A stretch of 64,000 bases of DNA, taken from contig CAZBBC010000001.1 in assembly GCA_964489835.1 (NCBI GenBank), positions 5,517 through 69,516 on the forward strand. The letters run 5' to 3'. Every line of letters begins with the position of its first letter. The first letter of the stretch is position 1. The notes beneath the pieces are model-generated. The model ran no database searches. It was not told the DNA's origin and was given only the letters and a program-made list of their open reading frames with translations. This stretch comes from an uncultured Calditrichota bacterium (lineage in GTDB: Bacteria > Calditrichota > Calditrichia > JAJRVZ01). Below, one piece after another: positions 19,925 through 31,600 of the stretch. The translations under genes were made by a program, and so were the position numbers.

Positions 19925-21217
19925 CTATCTAATCCAACTATTGTAACAATCTTCCTTCAATGTTTTACGATTCTGATTCATAAACTTTTCCTCATCAGTA
20001 GGAAGATACGGCTTCAGATTGTTGATTCGTCGATTGGCATCACTTTTATAATTGGGGTCTTTTGAAGCTTTCTGGTATTCATTCATCGCTTTTTCATATA
20101 CCAAACCATCATCGTATTTTCTTTTGCGTTGATCTTTGTTCTGACAATAAGTAACCGCGCTTTCATATATTTCTGCCATGATAATATAAGCCAGACCAAA
20201 GCCAGGTTTTGCCTGTAATGCTTTGTTTACCCAGTATTTTCCGTTTTGGAACTGATTTAAAAACTTATAATCATTTGCAATCGAACACATAATTTCAGCG
20301 TTATCGGGTTCAATTTCCACGATTTTTTTATATTCTGCTATCGCATGGCTATATTGCTCCAGGCTTTCATCACAAAGTGCGATTATTTCATGCGCTTTTA
20401 TGTTCTTAGGATTATTATCAATTACCTTGTTCAGGGGCATTAATGCTGCTCTGTATTCTCCGGCTTCATAAGCAGCTTTACCATACTTAAATGCAAAATC
20501 CATATTTCCCGGATCATTTTCCCATGCGTTTTTAAAGGCCTCTAATCCACCTCCGGCACCATAAAAATACTCACTGTACAAGGCTAAATCGTTGGCATAT
20601 TTGCTATTGGTCGGCGCCAAATTTGTCAGTTGTGTTTGAACCTCAATCGCCTTTTCATTCCCTTTTTTATAATACAAAAAGGCCAGTTTTTCAAGATATT
20701 CTTCTCCTTCAGGATTCTCTGCAACCAGAGCCTCGTAATGAGGAATGGCGCATTCTGCATTACCTAAATTATCCTGTAAAAAACCAGCATAATAATGCAA
20801 CATTACATAATCTGGATATTTCTCCAATCCCCTGTAACAGGCAATAAATGTGCTGTCAGCTTGCTGCAAATTAAAATAGGAATCGGCTAATTTTCCTATG
20901 GCCATCCGGGCATATTTTGTTGAATCATTGATAAATACTTTCCATAGATACGGGATGGCCGCAGTATAATTTTTATTTTTATAATACTCATATCCAAAGC
21001 TATACCAATGTCTGATATCATTAAGAGAAATGTCTCCATAGTCTTTGTTATCATAACTTGTCAGAAGTGTTTCCGGAATACATGCAACTTCTATTTGCTC
21101 CTCTTCGAATTCATTATCTTCAAATTGAGCAAACATTAAGTTTGCGCTTAATAAAAACCATAAGAAAACACAGAGTATAATAACAAAATTTTCTTTTTTC
21201 AATGTTAGCCCTCCCAC
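19925..21217 (-). CDS. secreted tetratricopeptide-repeat protein
   Basis: A signal peptide is followed by multiple TPR-like W/Y/A-rich 34-aa repeats. Confidence 0.6.
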   Translation of the reverse strand: MGGLTLKKENFVIILCVFLWFLLSANLMFAQFEDNEFEEEQIEVACIPETLLTSYDNKDYGDISLNDIRHWYSFGYEYYKNKNYTAAIPYLWKVFINDSTKYARMAIGKLADSYFNLQQADSTFIACYRGLEKYPDYVMLHYYAGFLQDNLGNAECAIPHYEALVAENPEGEEYLEKLAFLYYKKGNEKAIEVQTQLTNLAPTNSKYANDLALYSEYFYGAGGGLEAFKNAWENDPGNMDFAFKYGKAAYEAGEYRAALMPLNKVIDNNPKNIKAHEIIALCDESLEQYSHAIAEYKKIVEIEPDNAEIMCSIANDYKFLNQFQNGKYWVNKALQAKPGFGLAYIIMAEIYESAVTYCQNKDQRKRKYDDGLVYEKAMNEYQKASKDPNYKSDANRRINNLKPYLPTDEEKFMNQNRKTLKEDCYNSWIR

Positions 21218-21226
21218 TACTTATAT

Positions 21227-22444
21227 TTATCTGTCTTCGCGTAGAAACCAGAGTTCACTGGCAGCAATTGAGAAATTAAGACGGAAATAACTTTCACTCA
21301 AGCCATTTTTTCCAAGACTACCTCTTTTCCCGAGTTGAAAGGCGATATCTAAACGACTACTTCCTCTGACAATCGGCAGCCCTAAGCCCAGGCTAAGACC
21401 ATAATCTATTACCGGTTGTCCGTTGGACAGAAAATTAAGTTTTCCATAATATAATCCCCCCCGGTAATTCATTTTATCACTATAGGATACTATCCGCCTT
21501 GCAGATGGCATATATTCGGCGCCTAATCCCAGTCGATAATTATTATCGACGCCATCTACGGTCATGCTATTGAACAAATATCCATTTTTCCAGGCAGTAT
21601 AATCAAAATCTGCGCCGAGCGCCCAGCGCCCTCCCACCTGATAGACGACTCCAACCGTTCCATTCAGCGGAAAAGTTATTTCTCTAAATTCATCCACTGT
21701 TTTATTGGTTGTAACCGATGCCTGCTGGGTATATATTGTTATTTTTGTGGGTAATTTTGCCTGCGCCCCAAATGCCAGTTTTTCATTTAATCGATAAAAA
21801 ACACTCAGACCAACACTTGCTCCTTTGCCATAGAGACGATACTCATTTTCAATGATCACATCCTGATAGGTCGCCTCAGAATATTCCAACTTTGTGTTGT
21901 CTGTAATATTGCCTAAAATATAGTATAATAATAAACCAAATGACAAATTTTTGCTGACAGCATAGGAGGTGACAAATTGAACTTCACTTAGAGATCCTTT
22001 TGTTTTTATCGTCTGTGTCGCCGGCGAACCAACCCCTGCGTCTTCTAATATAAATCCCTGATCATTAAAACTTTTAGGTAATATACCAAATCCTATAGCT
22101 AATTTTTTTTGAATCAGAGGAATGGCAATATAACCACCAAGAAAATTGCCGTCATTGGAATTAGTCTGGTTTTTTTCCGATTCAGAACTAAGAGATTGAA
22201 AACCCATACCCAATGTAAAGGTCGTTCGTGATATATATGACCACGAAGAATAATTCATCTGATTTAGATCAACGGAATCCATAAAAGCCATCGAAAATCC
22301 ACCACGGCCCAAGGCTGCTGTAGAATACGGATAATAATGTTCACCTATTGATTTCGGTACCAACGCGAATATCGAAGATCCCCCATAACTCAGAGATGGA
22401 AGTAGAAACAAAAATGAAACAAGTATTTTTTTTATTGTTTTCAT
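21227..22444 (-). CDS. outer-membrane β-barrel protein (FadL/PorV-like, tentative)
   Basis: A signal peptide is followed by an alternating amphipathic β-strand pattern and an aromatic-rich C-terminus. 405 aa. Confidence 0.4.
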   Translation of the reverse strand: MKTIKKILVSFLFLLPSLSYGGSSIFALVPKSIGEHYYPYSTAALGRGGFSMAFMDSVDLNQMNYSSWSYISRTTFTLGMGFQSLSSESEKNQTNSNDGNFLGGYIAIPLIQKKLAIGFGILPKSFNDQGFILEDAGVGSPATQTIKTKGSLSEVQFVTSYAVSKNLSFGLLLYYILGNITDNTKLEYSEATYQDVIIENEYRLYGKGASVGLSVFYRLNEKLAFGAQAKLPTKITIYTQQASVTTNKTVDEFREITFPLNGTVGVVYQVGGRWALGADFDYTAWKNGYLFNSMTVDGVDNNYRLGLGAEYMPSARRIVSYSDKMNYRGGLYYGKLNFLSNGQPVIDYGLSLGLGLPIVRGSSRLDIAFQLGKRGSLGKNGLSESYFRLNFSIAASELWFLREDR

Positions 22445-22457
22445 AATTTAAGGTTAG

Positions 22458-23669
22458 TTATAATCTTGCTTCCGGAACTAAATAATATTCAAGAATCAGC
22501 ATCGGACGGTCATCGATATTAGGAGATGAACTATCCTTAATTGAGTAAATGGCGATATCATCACCCTCATATCTGTAGTGAAGCAAAAATGATCCGTAAG
22601 AAATATTGCCATTTATAATATCCTGAAAAAAACTCTGTGACGCCAGTCCACGATCGAAAGGATTGATGCTCAGTATATTATCCGAGGTTTCTTCGAGCTC
22701 AACACTATAGAAGATATTGCTTGAAAATGTTGAATCAACCGTATAGTATGGAAGTAAATCATAATCGGAAGATACCGTTCTTAAATACATTACATCACTT
22801 TTATTGTTATTAAATACAGAATTTAAAGTATCCCGTTTGAGAATTAAATCCATTGTAGCCATCGCTGCTCTTACCGGAATACTACCCAGATCAAATTTAA
22901 GGAATGTGTATACAGAATATCCGGAGACAGCAATTAATTTTTGCGGATCAAAACTACCATTAAAGTCAATTAAAGATGCATCTGATTCGACAAAGAGTGT
23001 ATCATGAAACGTTGAATCAAGTGCAACATTATAATAAACAGCAATTAATTTAGGACGTTGGGATGGCGTCGCTCCTTCATCCGAGCTGAACTCTTTCATA
23101 TAAGTGGTATTGTCAAAATCAACCAGCAAACCAAAATTTTGACTTCCACCAATTGTATCCTGCCAGATATCCATTATTGCCGTGGGCAGGTCTATCAGAT
23201 GTACTCCCGTACTGTCGTCAAGAATCTCAAAAGTAGTGGTTGTTTCCAAAGCATAGTCAATGTTTGCTTTATAATCCCAGTCCTCATCAGCATTTACGGA
23301 TTCGCTCCAATCCGTTGAAACTAAATATATCGATCCGGTCATTGGTGAATCAGTCATATCCCCCTGGTTGGAGACAGTAGTCAACATCAGTCTGAGAGAA
23401 TCAATTTTAATCGTATCGGAGGGAATATTCGTAAACTTAATCAGAAATCGTGCGTCAAAATCTGCATATGAACCCAGTAATAATTTTAACCCGACCGCTG
23501 TTGAAACTTTACCCTCAACAATAGACGTGTCTGCAAATGCTACAAGAGTATCGCGGAAAACAGTACCATAAATTATTCGCTGACCGGAATTATCACTCAA
23601 TAAATCCCCATCCGTACAGGACCACATTGTTATTAGTCCAATCAGAGATATCATTAATTTTTTTTTCAA
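22458..23669 (-). CDS. lipoprotein, possibly DUF4270-like
   Basis: Signal/lipobox …ITMWSC. The product is Ser/Thr/Asp-rich. Its position next to glgA resembles the DUF4270–glgA pairing seen in the FCB group, but that is recalled from memory, not computed. Confidence 0.4.
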   Translation of the reverse strand: MKKKLMISLIGLITMWSCTDGDLLSDNSGQRIIYGTVFRDTLVAFADTSIVEGKVSTAVGLKLLLGSYADFDARFLIKFTNIPSDTIKIDSLRLMLTTVSNQGDMTDSPMTGSIYLVSTDWSESVNADEDWDYKANIDYALETTTTFEILDDSTGVHLIDLPTAIMDIWQDTIGGSQNFGLLVDFDNTTYMKEFSSDEGATPSQRPKLIAVYYNVALDSTFHDTLFVESDASLIDFNGSFDPQKLIAVSGYSVYTFLKFDLGSIPVRAAMATMDLILKRDTLNSVFNNNKSDVMYLRTVSSDYDLLPYYTVDSTFSSNIFYSVELEETSDNILSINPFDRGLASQSFFQDIINGNISYGSFLLHYRYEGDDIAIYSIKDSSSPNIDDRPMLILEYYLVPEARL

Positions 23670-24024
23670 ATTTTTTCCTAAAATATGGACAAAAGAGTTT
23701 GGAATTTAACCAAATATATTTTCTATGTCAACGCTGCTAATTTGTCTCTACTCCTTGCCAAAACAGTGCTTTTTCACAAGGTGCTTTCAATTGTTAGCTT
23801 TATCTGTCGGCGATAGATTATATCTTCTTGCTTTATTAAAGTCCTGACATAATCCTCAAAATCGGGCACCGGGTGTTTGTATAAACAACCCTAGGCTTTG
23901 TACTTAATTCCTAAATTTTTGTTCATTCTGGTGCTTGGTTTTAGGTAGGACAATTTACTGAGTAGAAAGAATGATAATATGACTGATGCCTAAAATTAAT
24001 ATTTATCCCGATGTTCTGTTAATC

Positions 24025-25503
24025 TTATTCATCCAGCATGGTCATATATATATCAAGATACTTTTGTGAAGAGCGTTCCCACGAAAAGTCTTCCTGCATG
24101 GCTTTCAATTGTAATTCTTGCCATTGTTCCTTCTTTTTATAAATTTTTAATGCTCTTTTTATAGTCCTTACCAATTCTTTTGCTGTGTATTTTTCAAAAA
24201 CAAATCCGTTACCGGTGTTTTCCTCGAGATTATACTCGGTAATTGTCTCAGCCAGGCCTCCCACACTATAAACAATGGGTATTGTGCCATATTTTAAACT
24301 ATACATCTGATTCATCCCGCACGGTTCATAGGAGGATGGCATAAGGAAAAGATCGGAACCAGCCTCAATCATATGAGCCAGTGTTTCATCAAATGCCTGG
24401 TTGAGACTAATTCTATCAGGATATTTTTTCTGATAGTTTTGAATTTGCTTCTCAATTTTTTTATCTCCGGTTCCAAGAATTATTAATTGAAAGTTTAACA
24501 TCATTAATTGATCCATGGCTTCCATTAATAAGAAATATCCTTTTTGTTCTACAAGACGGGAGATCATACCAATTACTGGTACATTTTCCTGATAGGACAA
24601 ATTCACTCTGGTCAGCATCGCCTGTTTGTTCTGCTCTTTTCCTGTCAGATCATTTTCAGAATATTTATAGGGTAATAACTTATCTGTTGCCGGTGACCAA
24701 ACGCTGTAATCAACACCGTTCAGAATACCTGTGAATCTATTTTTCTTTTTCTGCAGAACTTTTTCCAGGCCGTAGCCAAATTCCTTCTTTGTGCTGATTT
24801 CTTTCGCATAGGTATCTGAAACAGTTGTTATCCAATCCGAATAATTTATTGCACCTTTTAATAAATTCATCTGACCATAATGTTCAAATGCACCATTTTC
24901 TTCTATCTCACTCGGTTTAACCTCAATCTGCGGTGCCGCATTTTTCTTAAATATACCCTGATAAGAAAAATTATGAATGGTAAAAACGGTTTTTATGCCC
25001 CGAAGAAATTCATCGTTTTTATAAACGGTATGTAAATAATAAGGTACCAGAGCAGTTTGCCAATCATTACAATGAATAATATCCGGACGCCACGATAGAA
25101 TTTTTAGTGTTTCAAGCGCACCTTTACAAAAATAGGCGAATCTCTCGGCATTATCAGGAAAATCTTTGCCGGTGGCACTATCTGTATATAATCCGGCTCG
25201 ACCAAAAAAATCAGGAATTTCTATAAAGTAGATCTGTACCTTGCTGTCTGGAAGAAAAGCTGATTTTACGTTGATGGTTCTGGTGACATCATTGATTGTT
25301 ACAGGAATGTCCTTAAGGCGGATAACCTCACGCAAAACATACTTTCTTTCATTAATAGATTTATATTTAGGCATTATTACACGGACTTCTTGATTGTTTG
25401 ACTTCAAGGCTTTGGGAAATGCTCCGGTGACATCACCAAGACCACCTGTCTTAGCAAAAGGAGATACTTCTGATGAAAGATACCATACCTTATACTGATT
25501 CAT
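24025..25503 (-). CDS. glgA: glycogen/starch synthase (GT5)
   Basis: The N-terminal motif is SSEVSPFAKTGGLGDV. 492 aa. Confidence 0.92.
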   Translation of the reverse strand: MNQYKVWYLSSEVSPFAKTGGLGDVTGAFPKALKSNNQEVRVIMPKYKSINERKYVLREVIRLKDIPVTINDVTRTINVKSAFLPDSKVQIYFIEIPDFFGRAGLYTDSATGKDFPDNAERFAYFCKGALETLKILSWRPDIIHCNDWQTALVPYYLHTVYKNDEFLRGIKTVFTIHNFSYQGIFKKNAAPQIEVKPSEIEENGAFEHYGQMNLLKGAINYSDWITTVSDTYAKEISTKKEFGYGLEKVLQKKKNRFTGILNGVDYSVWSPATDKLLPYKYSENDLTGKEQNKQAMLTRVNLSYQENVPVIGMISRLVEQKGYFLLMEAMDQLMMLNFQLIILGTGDKKIEKQIQNYQKKYPDRISLNQAFDETLAHMIEAGSDLFLMPSSYEPCGMNQMYSLKYGTIPIVYSVGGLAETITEYNLEENTGNGFVFEKYTAKELVRTIKRALKIYKKKEQWQELQLKAMQEDFSWERSSQKYLDIYMTMLDE

Positions 25504-26005
25504 GCTCTCTCCAATGTTTTAAACTTTTCCTGTCCCTGAAATAGTTTCGAACTTACTAGTGATTGACAGCTATCAGAAACTCGGCCGGTAAGGGTTATCT
25601 TCGACCCAATGATAACCTGAATTGAACTTATACCATAATCATTTTATAAATCTAATTTATAAATGCACCTTTGGGGGAATTAAATAATTAAAAACTGAAG
25701 ATACCTGTTAAGAAATGTCATAGAAGAAATTTTTAACTTCATATAATAAGATTCCCTCGAACAGAGAGACATGATTGAAAAAACAAATGATATCTTTTGA
25801 TCATTATTTAATTTTTGATGCCGTTTTTTCAAATACAATACCCGCATAAATGATGAATAGCTCTTTTGGATACCTTTTTTCAGGTTAATTAAAAAACGAA
25901 ATAATTAGATAACATTATAATTTAATTAATTTTACGATATCAATCAAGCGAAATGAGTACATCAGGATGTGAGGATTATCCAAAATAGAAAACCAAATAA
26001 TTCTC

Positions 26006-27700
26006 TTATTGAACCAGAACACTCTCTATCCGTGATATTTCAGCATAAAGATCATCACCTTCATAAAACCATACACCTCCCTTAACAGATACCCGTTTTT
26101 TTACAGCAGCTTCCTGTAGTACCGGATCGGAATGAATGCATGGGCAATTTGGATTACCCCATGTTCTCCCGCAGTTTTCAAATGCTACAAGAATCCATCG
26201 ATTCTTTTCTGATGATTTAACTGCCGTGACCGGTGCTTTATATATATTCCTTTTTTCAGTCTGTTCGTTAAAACCGGGAGCGCCTTTTAGTAGAAGACAA
26301 ATCTGTGCACGGAGTCCGGTTAGATTAATATCACTATCATTGTCTAACCAGAGTTCAAGATAAACAGAATCTTTTCGTGGTTCAACGATGGCACCAAATT
26401 TAATACCATTGGGTAACAGACGTTCCATGCTCAGTTTTCCATCTTCCCTAAGGATCCAGTCCACATTTTCGATGTTTTTATTTTGATCATTCCAAATGGT
26501 CGGTATGTGCGTATGGGCTAGAAAGGTAAGTCCAAGATTACTAAAGATTGCTTCGGGGAGATCAAGAACAACATAACCGCCATTATTCCATGGCGTGAAA
26601 ATACTGACTTTTGTACCCCGCTGCGGGGATATTGCACTATTGAGAGATCCGATACGAGGATGTCGTCCCCCTGGATAAGGAAGGATTTTTATCTTACCAT
26701 CATCGCTTCGATTTGAAATAACCGGATTTTTTAAATCAAAATCATCTATAATATTTTCTACTTCTGATAGGCGCAATCCACAAACTCCTGCGGCTTCTTC
26801 TAAATTATAACGGTGATGCAAAATCATATTTTCCATCCAAAAATCGAGTTTTTTCCGGGTTTGATTTACCTCCGTGGGCATTTTCAAAGGACCATACCGT
26901 TCTTTTGACATCGGGTCGTTTATTAATTTATCCTCCGGGATAAAAGTCCCAATATCCTTTAATGAAACTACATTAAAATCATTCTCTTTTAAATAAGACA
27001 TGTACTCTTTGAATCGTTCCGGTGGTGTATGTACCCATGGATGGACAATATCCGGAATACCATGAAACTGAATGACTGCAATTTTTCCATTTTTTGCCCG
27101 ATCCACAACCTTTTTAAAATGGTCAAGAGTCCACTCAGGATATCCATCGCCTGCGCTTGGGATTAGTAATCGGTGATTATTTTCCGGGTCGAATAATGGG
27201 CCGGGTTGCTTAAGTCCATAGGAAACTTCCGGCTGCATTCCCCGACGGGCAAATTTGTATCCGGCTTTTTCCAAAACTTCCCGGGCTTCCGGACAGAAAA
27301 AATTCCCCGTCCATCCAAAGCTCACCGGCTTTGGGACGCCGACTTCTTTTAACTTATACTCCACCAGGGCTAATTCTCCCGCCAGAAGGGCTGCAGCAGC
27401 CGGAGAGTAAAAACCCATATGGCTCCAGGAATGATTGCCTATTTCAAATCCCATGTTGTGCAACACGGCCACTTCTGTCCATGTTAAAAAATGTTCTGCG
27501 TCGGTCATCCAGGCCTTGGAAATAAAAAAGGTTGCGCCAAATCCATATTCCTTTAAAAGCGGGGCAACGACTGTCAGATGAGACCTGACTGCATCATCAA
27601 AAGTAAGAACTACCGTTTTATCCGGAACTGATGCGCCATTTACGGAAAACCAAAAAGTAATTATAAAAAATTGTAACATTGCAAAAAATTTGTTTTTCAT
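26006..27700 (-). CDS. secreted polysaccharide deacetylase (CE4/NodB-fold) with a C-terminal domain of unknown function
   Basis: A signal peptide is followed by TFDDAV…HSWSH NodB-type motifs. The C-terminal half of the 564-aa product has no recognisable family. Confidence 0.65.
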   Translation of the reverse strand: MKNKFFAMLQFFIITFWFSVNGASVPDKTVVLTFDDAVRSHLTVVAPLLKEYGFGATFFISKAWMTDAEHFLTWTEVAVLHNMGFEIGNHSWSHMGFYSPAAAALLAGELALVEYKLKEVGVPKPVSFGWTGNFFCPEAREVLEKAGYKFARRGMQPEVSYGLKQPGPLFDPENNHRLLIPSAGDGYPEWTLDHFKKVVDRAKNGKIAVIQFHGIPDIVHPWVHTPPERFKEYMSYLKENDFNVVSLKDIGTFIPEDKLINDPMSKERYGPLKMPTEVNQTRKKLDFWMENMILHHRYNLEEAAGVCGLRLSEVENIIDDFDLKNPVISNRSDDGKIKILPYPGGRHPRIGSLNSAISPQRGTKVSIFTPWNNGGYVVLDLPEAIFSNLGLTFLAHTHIPTIWNDQNKNIENVDWILREDGKLSMERLLPNGIKFGAIVEPRKDSVYLELWLDNDSDINLTGLRAQICLLLKGAPGFNEQTEKRNIYKAPVTAVKSSEKNRWILVAFENCGRTWGNPNCPCIHSDPVLQEAAVKKRVSVKGGVWFYEGDDLYAEISRIESVLVQ

Positions 27701-27811
27701 TTTTCGTTCCTTATGATTCTGAAAGATCGATCGTGTATTTAAGATACTGGCAGGAATTTATCCTTCTTGAATCCCTTCATTGAAGATTACCTGTCAATGA
27801 ATAATTATCTA

Positions 27812-28555
27812 TTAGTCGGGAAACCACTTTAACAGTTCCTTCACCACAAGATTGTGTCCCTCTCTATTGGGATGGTTAACTTGTGACATTAAATCATCTA
27901 ATCGCCTGCCGTTTTTTGCATATTGTTTGAATGCCGTATAACTATCTACCAGGCCAATATTATATTCATTCGCAAGTTGTTTGATCTGCTCAGCATGAAG
28001 ATTTAAGGGACTAGCTGTATCATTCATTTCTGATCTTTTGTCTGGTGTTGGTGTCAGGAGTAGAATTTTTATGTCGTTACATTTTGCCATTTCAATCATG
28101 GAAACCCAGGCTTTTTTAGCTCTTTCAAGTCCGATGCTTCGATCATTAAGGGCATAATCAATGAGAATCAGATCCGGTTGGCAGCTTAATACCTCTTTCT
28201 CAAATCGGGCCATACCCTGTTCGGAATTTTCACCTCCTATTGCTGTTACAATAACATTTATAACAGCAAACGGAAATCTCTTTTTTAATCCTTTATGCAA
28301 AAGATGTGGATAGGCATTGAAGGTATCGACCAGTGGTGTTTTAAAATATCCAGCAGGGACACTATGTCCATGACAAACGATATTAATCGTCCGATTGTGA
28401 GGCCATTCTTGTTTGAGGAGTAAAGTTATGTTTTCAAGATATATTGACCGGTCTGGAAGGCCTTTTCCCTTGTCTGATAGATTTGCTTCATGATTGGCAA
28501 AACCACTGATAGACATTAAGATTATGATGAAGAACCTCACTATTTTAAGCGACAT
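27812..28555 (-). CDS. secreted SGNH/GDSL-family hydrolase
   Basis: A signal peptide is followed by block-I-like IVCHGHSV, block III LIDYALND and a DxxH-like HPNREGH. Confidence 0.7.
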   Translation of the reverse strand: MSLKIVRFFIIILMSISGFANHEANLSDKGKGLPDRSIYLENITLLLKQEWPHNRTINIVCHGHSVPAGYFKTPLVDTFNAYPHLLHKGLKKRFPFAVINVIVTAIGGENSEQGMARFEKEVLSCQPDLILIDYALNDRSIGLERAKKAWVSMIEMAKCNDIKILLLTPTPDKRSEMNDTASPLNLHAEQIKQLANEYNIGLVDSYTAFKQYAKNGRRLDDLMSQVNHPNREGHNLVVKELLKWFPD

Positions 28556-28641
28556 GTGATATTCCTTCTTTCCTGAAAAAACGGATATAAAAAAATAGTT
28601 GTAAAATGTGGAGGTACATTTGTGCGATAATTATCCTCTCT

Positions 28642-31600
28642 CTATATAATTAACAAAGCAACTTTAAAAGAGCGAATTTCATAAGGTTTAATGACGAACG
28701 AGAACTGACACCCGGACGGTTCAATTTTATTGATGATATCTTCGATTAAATTCACTTCGGTCACGGAAACAATTTGCCGGTCAAAAGATACGGTAACAGT
28801 CTCTTGCTTGCCCGCGGATTCATAAATTCTTACTATCCAGTCATTATCATCTTCAGCTATTTTTAAAGCATTTAAAACCACCGATTCCGGAGTCATCCAT
28901 ATAAATGAATGGGACGTTGGCAAAATACCTTTATGAGGGTTCGACTTCATTATCATTAATGGCTCATTAAATTCCAGTCCCCGATGCACAACCTGTCCGT
29001 CAATAAAATCACCTTTATGTGGATATAATGCATATTTAAAACTGTGATAGCCTTTGTCGGCCATTGGATCGGGATCGGTAGGCGCCCGCAGAAGCGTGAG
29101 CCGGATGGTGTTTCCCTTAATATCGTAGCCATGCTTGCAATCATTAATGAGAGTGACACCATAATTGCCATCGGATAAATCAGCCCAACGCTGCGCCGGA
29201 ACTTCATACCGGGCCTTTTCAAATGGCGTTTCAAAACCGGTGGGACGTTCAATGCTGCCGTAAGGAATTTCATACCGGGCAACTTTGGAATAAACGTCTA
29301 CCGGAAAACCAACTTTTAATACTTTGTGTTCCTCCCACCACATGACATCATTGCGTACCTCTATATACGGTAAACCATCATAGAGTGATATATATTGAGT
29401 AAAGAATGAGCTGGGAAAATCTTCGGTTGGTTTCCTTTTATTATTACCAACAAAAGCATGGACAACTTTTATCGTCGCCCTGACCGGGCCAAATTCTTCA
29501 AGTGTTACTTCCCGCGCCCGGTCAAGATCAAGCGGTTCTTTGCTAAATCTCATATTCCAGGCATCATGTGCATCATCCTCCAGAATTTGAAGAATATTTC
29601 CTTTGGGCGTAACAAGAACCTGGCGATTATTGACCCGGTCATAGATTTCAGCGATTAGTCCGGAAATTTTATCTATCTTTACACGAAGTGCCGTGTTTTC
29701 CATTTCTGATCGGTTAAATTTGAGGTGGTTTGCACCAATTCCCGGTTTTTGCTCCACGAGTCGATAAACGGAATAACCATAAGGCGGTATATTTTTTGCC
29801 ATGAATAACAGGGTTTTGCTAATTACAGATTCCTCAATCTTTTGGACTGGTATCTCATTTCCTTCCAGATCCAGCACACACCATTCCTTGTCCATATCCA
29901 AATCATCCAAGAGTAGTTTTACAGGACCATTACGGGTCCAGGAATGTGGATTAAAAATGATAAGAGGGTTTCCCGGTCCGCGAGTATCTATCTTTTGGGC
30001 CAGAAATTCAAAAGCCCTTTTTGTCACTAATCCGCCGATTTTTTCTGCCTGGGCATACTCCCTTTCAGTATCATGAGTAACAGCATTGATTGATGTACCG
30101 GGTAGTACATCGTGAAATTGATTAAATAGAATGGTCCGCCAGACATTAAAAATTCTCTCCTTCGGATATTCATAACCATATTGCCTGGCAATTGATGCCA
30201 GTTTCTCCGCATTTTTAATCAGTACTTGTCCCTCACGGTTATGTTTTTTTGTTTTTGCCTGTGAGGTATAGCATCCCCGAAAGTGCTCCAGATAGAGTTC
30301 GCTATCCCAGGTTGGCAACTTTGATCTTTCATTCTTGGTAAGCGTATTAAAAAACTCATGAGAGCCGGTTAATTGAAGATCGGGAAATGCGGGTGCTATT
30401 TGTGCCCGCCGTGCCCGTTCTAACATTTCCATTGTTGGGCCACCCCCATGGTTTCCGACACCATAAAGAACAAGTTCTTTACCAATATTCAATTCTTTTT
30501 TTTCTTCGGCTATAAAATCAACCAGTTGCTCGCCGTTTAAATCATGCATATAGCCATCACGGGGAATGTAGGCCATAACCTTACTGCCGTCCGGCGCTTT
30601 CCACCAGAAAAAACGGTGGGGAAAATTTCGGGTATCATTTGGATCGACACGAATGGTGATAAAAGCTTCAATACCGGAACGGGCAAGAATTTGAGGAAGA
30701 TTCCAATTGAAACCGAAACTATCCGGAATCCAGCATTCTTTAACATCTACACCAAATTTTTCCCGGAAATACCGTTTTGCATAGAGCGATTGTCTTACAA
30801 AGCTCTCGCCGGAGGGGAGATTTCCGTCTGGCTCACACCATTGACCACCAACGATTTCCCATTTTCCTTGTTTTACCTTTTCTTGAATTTCTCTAAACAG
30901 ACCGGGATAATAATTTTCCATCCACTCATAGGCGTGCGCCTGACCCATACTGTACTTAAAATCCGGGAATCGTTTCATAATATTAAGAACCGATTCTGTT
31001 GTGTTCTTTAAGACCTCCACCGTTTCCACCCAGGGCCATTGCCAGGCCAGATCAATGTGAGAATAACCGGCACAAAAGAGATGATATTTCTCCTGTACTT
31101 CAGCTTTTAAGTCCTGTAATAATTTCCCCTGTTTATCAAACTCCGCCAGAAAACCTTGCTCATCGCCATCAATGAATGCCTGGGATTCAATAATATTATG
31201 GGCAACTTTGTTTATTTGCCTGATCCAGTGTTCCGGTTTTTCGCTTAATTCTCGGGCAACACGACGGGCTATCATTAATCCCCAAACTTTATCCTGTAAT
31301 TTTTTCTGGAATTCAACCATATCGCTGAATTCGATCCGGTATTCGCTCACTTTTCCCCACCCGGGGCGATTGATACCTCGAACGGCAATAAGAAAATTAT
31401 CTCCGGCATGAAGCTCTTCCGAAATAATGAATTCAGCGGTTCCCCATTCAAAGGAACCTAAAGAATCTCCATTTACAAATACCTCACCACCATTATCAAT
31501 GTATAAAAATAACGTCATTTTTCTACCGATAAGTGAAAATCCGCCAATTTTCTCAGGAATGTTAACCCCACTACGAAACCAGACATTGGTGTTGGATTCC

